Of a stretch of DNA of 64,000 nucleotides, positions 57,899 through 64,000 are shown in pieces. The notes below the pieces were generated by a model. It was not told the origin of the DNA. It saw only the letters and a program-made list of their open reading frames with translations, and searched no databases. Location: positions 850,209-914,208 of the forward strand of contig CP129475.1 in NCBI GenBank assembly GCA_030583785.1, written 5' to 3'. A program made the translations under genes and the position numbers. The number at the start of each line of letters is the position of its first letter. Positions within the stretch are counted from its first letter, which is position 1. This DNA is from Candidatus Dojkabacteria bacterium. Lineage in GTDB: Bacteria > Patescibacteriota > Dojkabacteria > B142 > OLB20.

Positions 57899-58891
57899 AT
57901 GCCTGTAAATAAAGAAAAATCATCATCAGGTTACGGTATTTTTTCAGAATCTTTCGAGACTCGAATCTTTGAAGCATTAACACTCATTATAGTTGGAATC
58001 ATCTTCCTCTTAAATACGACAGGTGTTTTGCCTTGGTCTATTTGGTTGAACTTCTTTAAGCTTTGGCCGCTATTTATCGTATCTGCAGGAATCAGTATAA
58101 TCTTCAGCGGTTCAAGATGGCTTAAATTTACAGGCTCTCTGCTTGGCTTTCTGCTTTTTCTCGGCATGATGAGTTACGCAATCTTCTCACCTTTCGCTGA
58201 GAGATTGTCTTTTATTCCTTTCTTCAACAACACTCAAGACCTAGAATACTCAACTACTTTAACAAGTAAGAATAATTCAGATGTTGACCTGGTCAATCTC
58301 GAGGTCAGGTTGCCTGCGGGACGAATAGATGTGGATTCTTCAGATAGCTCAGATCTTTTTAACTTGTCTGCAGAGTACAGTCGTGAGTCGCTCAAACCTA
58401 GATTGTCAGAAGAACTTAAGAATGATGAATTGAATCTTAAGATTGATACCACACCCGGAGTCGAAACTTTCTTTGGTAATAACAATGCAAAATATGCACT
58501 AAGCTTATCTAAACAAGAGGTTCCTTATAACTTAGATCTTAAAGTTGGGGCAGGCGAGTTGGTTTTCAATTTGAAGGATTCAAAATTCGGCAGTTTTGTA
58601 GCAGAAACCGGTGCAGGAAAAGTTGTATTGTACCTTTCTGAAGAATCACTACCAACTGGCAACTTCGTAATTAAAACAGGCGCAGGCGGCATTTACATAG
58701 AAGTACCAAAAGATGCACCGTTACGAATTAACTATAAAATTGGCGTTGGTAGAGCAACAGTTGATGGAGAAGAAGTTCAAGCCGGTAGCGTTTCGTCTTT
58801 CTATGAATCAAAGACTTACATAAGTTCAAGCAATAAATACGAGCTTTCTGTAGAGACAGGAGTTGGTACATTTGAACTAGTTACAAAATAA
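57899..58891 (+). CDS. membrane protein with DUF4097-like (putative adhesin / LiaG-like) C-terminal domain
   Basis: N-terminal TM cluster followed by a repetitive beta-rich region (ETGAGKVVLYLS / KTGAGGIYIEVP / KIGVGRATVDG). Confidence 0.45.
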   Translation: MPVNKEKSSSGYGIFSESFETRIFEALTLIIVGIIFLLNTTGVLPWSIWLNFFKLWPLFIVSAGISIIFSGSRWLKFTGSLLGFLLFLGMMSYAIFSPFAERLSFIPFFNNTQDLEYSTTLTSKNNSDVDLVNLEVRLPAGRIDVDSSDSSDLFNLSAEYSRESLKPRLSEELKNDELNLKIDTTPGVETFFGNNNAKYALSLSKQEVPYNLDLKVGAGELVFNLKDSKFGSFVAETGAGKVVLYLSEESLPTGNFVIKTGAGGIYIEVPKDAPLRINYKIGVGRATVDGEEVQAGSVSSFYESKTYISSSNKYELSVETGVGTFELVTK

Positions 58892-58913
58892 TTATTTATT
58901 ATCTTGAATAGAT

Positions 58914-59591
58914 ATGAAATACAGTGACGGTTTTATTTTTAGACTTTTACTAGGATCTTTTCTAATCCTCGTTGGTCTAAACCTGTTTGTAAATCAGATG
59001 GGTTTCGATCTTGGTTTTAGTATATTTGGTTTTTGGCCACTTATCTTTATATTCTTCGGACTTTGGCTTCTCATCAAAAGAAGACCGTTTCCGGCAATGT
59101 TGTTGCTAGTTTTTGGCACTGCATTCCAATTATCTAATATCTTTGAATACAGCATCTGGGCAGTAGGTTGGCCATTAATAATCATCTTTATCGGTTTAAC
59201 AATCCTTTTCCGTCCAACAAAAAAGTGGAAGGGTAAAATTGAAGGAGCAGATGTTAACACAGACAAAGTCCTGAATGAATCTGCAGTTTTTGGCAATGTA
59301 AATCAAAGGGTGGAGTCAGATGATTTTGCCGGTGGCAAAGTAGACGCTGTTTTTGGCGAGTTCAAAATCGATCTTAGCGATGCCAAAGTTAAAAACAATG
59401 CAGTATTGGAACTTAATGCCATACTTGGAAGTGGATTAATCTATTTGCCTCGCAATGTAAAATTAGATTTAGAGTCGACTTCGATTCTTGGAAGTATCAA
59501 TAATCGCACTGGTTCGGTAACAAAAGAGGATGCTCCAAAACTAATCGTCAAGGCAAATGCTGTTCTTGGCGAGATAGAATTAAAAAACTAA
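58914..59591 (+). CDS. LiaF-like (DUF2154) cell-envelope stress-response family membrane protein
   Basis: N-terminal TMs followed by VFGEFKIDLSDAKVKNNAVLELNAILGSGLIYLPRNV...LGEIELK, which matches the LiaF C-terminal domain pattern; 225 aa. Confidence 0.5.
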   Translation: MKYSDGFIFRLLLGSFLILVGLNLFVNQMGFDLGFSIFGFWPLIFIFFGLWLLIKRRPFPAMLLLVFGTAFQLSNIFEYSIWAVGWPLIIIFIGLTILFRPTKKWKGKIEGADVNTDKVLNESAVFGNVNQRVESDDFAGGKVDAVFGEFKIDLSDAKVKNNAVLELNAILGSGLIYLPRNVKLDLESTSILGSINNRTGSVTKEDAPKLIVKANAVLGEIELKN

Positions 59592-60385
59592 CGCTTCTGG
59601 ATTAGGGCAATTCCGCAGGGGTCACGGTAGACGCGATCAAATACATGGTCTTGTTGCAGTAGAACATCTTTGGGCAAATCTTGTGGAAGTAGCCTTAAGA
59701 TTGAGGCGTTTGGTTCTGAACTCTCCCATTCGTTAAGTGCTTTTTCTACTCCTCCTTCGCCTGTGCTATCAAAGTCTGTAGCAAACTCAGAGATGTCGTG
59801 CATGGCAATAATGCCAGTCTTTTTTAGTTTCGGATACCAAAGCTCCAGCTCTTGCTTGGTGTGTCTATACTGGTGTGAAGAATCAATAATTACAAGCTCG
59901 ATATCGCCTTTTAGGTATTCTTCGGCTTTCTCAGGCATGTCAGGTGCAGCTGAATCAGAGATATTTACAGAAACATATTCTTGCAAGCCTGCTTTCTTAA
60001 TCCAGGCATCGGTAAATTCGGATACTATTGGATCTATGTCTATCGAAAACAAACCGTTCTTACGATCCATTTTTCTGAGCATAAATCCAATCAATAGAGA
60101 GGAAAAGCCGGCATAGTGTCCGAGCTGGACAATTCTCTGAATTTTGTTGCCCATTATTAGTCCATGCAGAACTGACATAAATGGTACAGAGGCTTCGCCG
60201 ATAAAATGCTTTTCTTCGGTTTCGGTGTACCACTCTTCTATTAGGTTCCACTCTTCATCTGTCAGGAAAGAAAATATTATCGGAACATAGCTACCAAAGA
60301 CATCGAACCAGCGCCTTCTTCTATCTGTCAAATTTGGGTTGTTTACGAAATTCTGTGAACGATTCATGTTTGTTTGCCTCATCAA
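59588..60385 (-). CDS. class I SAM-dependent methyltransferase-fold protein (CmcI/TylF-like)
   Basis: IVQLGHYAGFSSLLIG (motif I-like), VIIDSSH and IAMHDI. Confidence 0.5.
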   Translation of the reverse strand: MMRQTNMNRSQNFVNNPNLTDRRRRWFDVFGSYVPIIFSFLTDEEWNLIEEWYTETEEKHFIGEASVPFMSVLHGLIMGNKIQRIVQLGHYAGFSSLLIGFMLRKMDRKNGLFSIDIDPIVSEFTDAWIKKAGLQEYVSVNISDSAAPDMPEKAEEYLKGDIELVIIDSSHQYRHTKQELELWYPKLKKTGIIAMHDISEFATDFDSTGEGGVEKALNEWESSEPNASILRLLPQDLPKDVLLQQDHVFDRVYRDPCGIALIQKR

Positions 60386-60459
60386 AGGTTATACCAGAAG
60401 GGGAGGTAAATGCAAGTTGTATGACTGGTATGGTACAATATAGTATATAGCTGAGATAT

Positions 60460-60906
60460 ATGCAAGAGGTACTCGTTGAACAAAACCTTTGCCTTGTTAG
60501 AACAACCATTGCAGGGTTTTCTGCAACTATTAATCATGTTCTCGCAGAGAGATGGTTGTCCGAAAGTTCAAGGTTACAATCGATAATAAGAGAATACGGG
60601 AGTCCCGATGGAAGATTTCTATATACACTAAGAGAAGATCTTTATTCCAATCCGTTTTGTGATGCATTGCTAAATATACCGGATTTAGATCAACTACAGT
60701 TAGCCAGATTTCGTGTAATTAGTAATGGCAGGCAGATATCTTTGCATTATGCTTATAACTTAGGAATAGTTGTAGCCGATCCAACTTTTGGTCAATTTGT
60801 AGATCTAGAGGCAGCAAATTCGAATAGACCACAGGATTTTATCAATGGTATATATGTCGGTACCTTTGATGATGCAGTCAGGTATTATGGAGTAGAGTAT
60901 TGTTAG
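60460..60906 (+). CDS. hypothetical protein
   Basis: 148-aa ORF directly upstream of, and overlapping, the kinase-like gene. Confidence 0.35.
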   Translation: MQEVLVEQNLCLVRTTIAGFSATINHVLAERWLSESSRLQSIIREYGSPDGRFLYTLREDLYSNPFCDALLNIPDLDQLQLARFRVISNGRQISLHYAYNLGIVVADPTFGQFVDLEAANSNRPQDFINGIYVGTFDDAVRYYGVEYC

Positions 60907-60911
60907 ATTTT

Positions 60912-61691
60912 ATGAATATAGCTATGAATCCAACTGAGATAGAAAAAGGACAATTTAGTGGATTGGTACCAAATGAGTATATTACTATGCCAGATGGTGC
61001 CAGATGGCGCCAGTTTGAGATACAAGGGGGAATTGTTATTTTAACCAGTAGCGGTAATGAGCTGTTCCATGACAGTAATGCAAAGGAAATATTTGAAAGT
61101 TTACGACAGTATCGTCTTGATATCTCTCAGAGAAGGCAAAATGGAGAGGCAAGGCAGTATTTAGCTAATGGTGGCAACGGTGAGATCTATACTGTTGCTG
61201 GTCATCAATTAGTTGTTAAAGAGTCCAGAAGTAACCATTCGCTTTATTATGCTCTCCAAAGAATGGATACATTAGCAAGAGTTATTGAAACGCACCTACC
61301 TCATTGGGTGTCATTACCCGCACATTATGGATTAATTAGTTCAAGTCAAATTGGTCGAGAGTATATGCTTATTGAGAAGATTGATGAAGGAATAAGCCTG
61401 GAAGATTTGGTTCAATATGAAGAGAGAGGTAGTGCGCGCTCAAAAACTTTAACAGATGCAATCCATCAGAATTTTCGTGGACTAAATGGTTGGGTAATTG
61501 AATCACTTAAATTACAATTCCAAGAATTTAAAACATTATTAAGACGATATCTAGATACTCCGGAAGCAATTGAAAATGGATATACATACGACTCTTTATT
61601 ACCAGACCCTAATTATGGAAATATTCTCGTTGAGAAACTTCGAACTCCTATAGGCGGAAAGCATTTTAAGATGTGGATTATTGACCAATAA
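60912..61691 (+). CDS. minimal atypical kinase-fold protein (RIO/Kdo-kinase-like)
   Basis: GGNGEIYTV...LVVKE (Gly loop + Lys), a DPNYGNILVE catalytic-loop-like segment, and a terminal KMWIIDQ (IDxxQ-like) immediately before the stop. Confidence 0.4.
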   Translation: MNIAMNPTEIEKGQFSGLVPNEYITMPDGARWRQFEIQGGIVILTSSGNELFHDSNAKEIFESLRQYRLDISQRRQNGEARQYLANGGNGEIYTVAGHQLVVKESRSNHSLYYALQRMDTLARVIETHLPHWVSLPAHYGLISSSQIGREYMLIEKIDEGISLEDLVQYEERGSARSKTLTDAIHQNFRGLNGWVIESLKLQFQEFKTLLRRYLDTPEAIENGYTYDSLLPDPNYGNILVEKLRTPIGGKHFKMWIIDQ

Positions 61692-61706
61692 TAGGGGACT
61701 TCGACA

Positions 61707-63155
61707 CTACAACTTTCGCAAATCAAGCACGCGATCAATTTTTAATTTTGACACAAAGTCGGGGACATGGCTAACTACAATAAGAACACCCGCATAGTTT
61801 TGTAATGCATCTGCAATAACTGGAATATGTCTAAAATTGATATGGTTTGTTGGCTCATCCATTATTAGAAGCCCGGGTTCCTGAAGCATAAATCGTGCAT
61901 AGCACAGAAGTCCTTTTTGCCCTTCGGATAATGATGCAACTTTGTTTTGAAGCAGGCTACCCCGTAATAAGAATCTTCCAGCGGCTGCATAAATATCTTG
62001 ATCTTTTTTATCTGGTAAGGCAACTTCGCGTAATGCAGAGAATGCTGTCGAATCGTAATCGAGTTCAGAGAAATCTTGGCTGTAGTAACCAACTCGAACA
62101 TTTTCGCCTATGTTAACGCCTTCGCCGGCAAGCATTGCTCTAAGCATAGTGCTTTTGCCGATGCCGTTTGGTCCGGATATCAGCATGTGGTCACCTCTTC
62201 TGAGATCGATGTTTATCTCTTTTTCAACCGGTGAATTATCTTTAATTATTGTTATCGAATTAATTTTGATTACACTGCCTGGACAATGTTGTGCCGTGAT
62301 AGTGAAGTGTGGAATAGTTTTTTCTTCTTGACGAATATCTGTCATGTTTGCTCGGTATTCTGCAATATCATCGCGCACTTTTCTGGCAAGTCTACGCATT
62401 GCAACACTTTTTCCTCCTAGTTTGTTTACTTTGGTAAATCGTTCTCGAATGCTGCGTTCTGTTCTGGCAACCTCCATGCGTTGTCTTTGCACCTGTCTGT
62501 CGATTTGATCGATTACATCGTAGTAATTTCCGACATACTGTTCGACCTTGTGTGTTGAAACATCAAGATTCAAGACTCCGTCGGTAAAAGTATTCAAGAA
62601 ATCTGTATCGTGAGAAATTACAATACAGGTTTTGTCGTACATGATGAGAAAGCTTGTAAGGTGAGCGATACCTTCGTCATCAAGGTTGTTGGTTGGTTCA
62701 TCAAGAAGTAGAATATCTGGTTCTTGTATTAATGCGTAAGCAAGCAGAAGTCTTGCTTTTTGTCCTCCTGATAAATCTTTTACTCTTTTATCTATTAGGA
62801 TACTTAGATTGACAGCATTTAATACTTCTTTAATATTTCTTTCGATTCCATAGATATTCTCTGAAAATGCACTTTTAAAGTAGTCGAGTATTGTCATTTC
62901 TAGTTTGTCTACAGGAACCATTTGCTCGGCTATTCCAACCGTTGCTCCTAGGGCAATATGTATTTGGCCAGATTGTGGCTTAAGTTTGCCCGTCATCATT
63001 TTGAAGATTGTTGATTTGCCCGCACCGTTTTGCCCCATAATTGTAATCTTGGAGTTTTTGCGAACACTAAAGCTTACATCGTCCAGAATTGTTTTTTCTT
63101 CTCCAAATTTGAAGGATACATCTTCAAAGCGGATGATAACTTCGTTTTTACTCAT
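61707..63155 (-). CDS. ABC-F family ATPase (two ABC domains, no TM)
   Basis: Two Walker A sites (GQNGAGKST / GPNGIGKST), two signature motifs (LSGGQKARL / LSEGQKGLL) and an inter-domain linker. The start was set at MSKNEVIIRF; the tracked ORF begins 51 nt earlier. Confidence 0.85.
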   Translation of the reverse strand: MSKNEVIIRFEDVSFKFGEEKTILDDVSFSVRKNSKITIMGQNGAGKSTIFKMMTGKLKPQSGQIHIALGATVGIAEQMVPVDKLEMTILDYFKSAFSENIYGIERNIKEVLNAVNLSILIDKRVKDLSGGQKARLLLAYALIQEPDILLLDEPTNNLDDEGIAHLTSFLIMYDKTCIVISHDTDFLNTFTDGVLNLDVSTHKVEQYVGNYYDVIDQIDRQVQRQRMEVARTERSIRERFTKVNKLGGKSVAMRRLARKVRDDIAEYRANMTDIRQEEKTIPHFTITAQHCPGSVIKINSITIIKDNSPVEKEINIDLRRGDHMLISGPNGIGKSTMLRAMLAGEGVNIGENVRVGYYSQDFSELDYDSTAFSALREVALPDKKDQDIYAAAGRFLLRGSLLQNKVASLSEGQKGLLCYARFMLQEPGLLIMDEPTNHINFRHIPVIADALQNYAGVLIVVSHVPDFVSKLKIDRVLDLRKL

Positions 63156-63311
63156 GATAAATGCGTTTTGCAGCTGAAATGATAGCAGGAAATGCCGTTT
63201 CTGCATAATCGTTATTTCTTACCGACATGATTCTCAATAGTAATTAATGGAGAATAAGTCAATAAACACTGTATAATAACAGATGTTAATTAAGCTAAGG
63301 TATCCGAGGCT

Positions 63312-64000
63312 ATGTCTTTAAATACAAAATCCAACAAGCGGAATCTATTGATTGTAGGGTTAATCTCTTTTCTAAACGCGCTTACTTTTGCCGCAATAAT
63401 ACCAATTATCTATTCATATGCTGCAAGCTTTGGACTAAATGACACACTCATTGGGCTACTCTTTGGATCTTTTGCCTTTGCTCAATTCTTTGCAACTCCT
63501 GTGATTGGTAGATTATCCGATAAATATGGTAGAAAACCTCTGCTAGTTATTTCTCTTCTAGGTACATTTATAGCGAATGTAATTCAGGCTTTTGCAGGAA
63601 GTGCTTGGGTACTATTCTTGGCTAGAATGTTGGACGGTATTACCGGTGGGAATAACTCCGTTGCTCAAGCTGTTATCTCAGATTCAACCGAACAAAAAGA
63701 TAGACCTATGGGATTTGCAATATTCGGTGCCAGTTTTGGACTGGGGTTTTTGTTCGGACCGGTGATTGCCCTTGCTATTATGCCCTATGGGAATAATTAT
63801 GTATTTCTATTTTCTGCATTAATAGCACTTCTAGCTGCGATATTAACAGCAGTATTCTTGCCGGAAACAAATCTTACTAGAGAAACAAAGAAGTTGGATC
63901 TTTTTGATACCTTGTTTCTACAGATATACAAAGGATTCAAGATGCCTATCGTAAGAGATATCTTAATTATTAACTTAATCACATCATTATCTTTGTCGGT
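63312..64000 (+). CDS. MFS transporter (3'-partial, runs off the window)
   Basis: ATG at 63312. The frame stays open to the end of the window, with TM-rich sequence and the MFS loop motif GRLSDKYGRKPLL. Confidence 0.75.
   Translation, partial: MSLNTKSNKRNLLIVGLISFLNALTFAAIIPIIYSYAASFGLNDTLIGLLFGSFAFAQFFATPVIGRLSDKYGRKPLLVISLLGTFIANVIQAFAGSAWVLFLARMLDGITGGNNSVAQAVISDSTEQKDRPMGFAIFGASFGLGFLFGPVIALAIMPYGNNYVFLFSALIALLAAILTAVFLPETNLTRETKKLDLFDTLFLQIYKGFKMPIVRDILIINLITSLSLS

Noticed and set aside
1-64000. Mobile elements, prophage or defence islands
   Set aside because: No integrase, transposase, recombinase, terminase or restriction/CRISPR-associated signatures were recognisable in any frame.

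Overview
This is a 64 kb AT-rich window (roughly 35-40% GC by eye, not computed), densely coded on both strands with about 50 protein-coding genes. I found no rRNA, tRNA, CRISPR array, integrase or transposase. Several confidently recognisable housekeeping genes are present: asparagine synthase AsnB (the CofE-like neighbour is only a tentative call), an Escherichia-like GMP reductase GuaC, MsrB, tRNA-U34 hydroxylase TrhO/YceA, an ABC-F ATPase, MFS, CaCA and TSUP transporters, and a PQQ-type sugar dehydrogenase. Most of the window is an accessory cell-surface repertoire. A sortase sits next to a 2794-aa DUF11-repeat protein ending in an LAXTG sorting signal. A second, 1476-aa protein carries an internal duplication, SdrD-B-like modules and a poly-Glu linker. 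A 1070-aa protein combines a cohesin-like N-terminus, two internal TM helices, nine tandem thrombospondin-type-1-like Cys repeats and a C-terminal dockerin. Two type-IV-pilin-like proteins are fused to carbohydrate-binding or lectin modules (tandem CBM2; LamG). Both pilins have an atypical Ala(-1) 'AFT' prepilin motif. The envelope looks Gram-positive-like; the pili, sortase, small genes and low GC suggest a CPR/Saccharibacteria-like organism, but that is inference only. The most unusual feature is three unrelated sensor proteins (SBP3+PAS; periplasmic domain+HAMP; polytopic membrane domain). Each terminates directly in the same short coiled-coil motif (...[IV]-x-R-E-x-x-M-[AV]-E-L-K...) resembling a signalling helix. 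None has a kinase, cyclase or other output domain, and no histidine kinase or response regulator occurs in the window. Other points of interest are a co-translated three-gene operon containing a transglutaminase-like Cys-His-Asp protein, a cluster of atypical kinase-fold proteins, a cytochrome-b5-like lipoprotein lacking a canonical start, and a truncated VKOR-like fragment.
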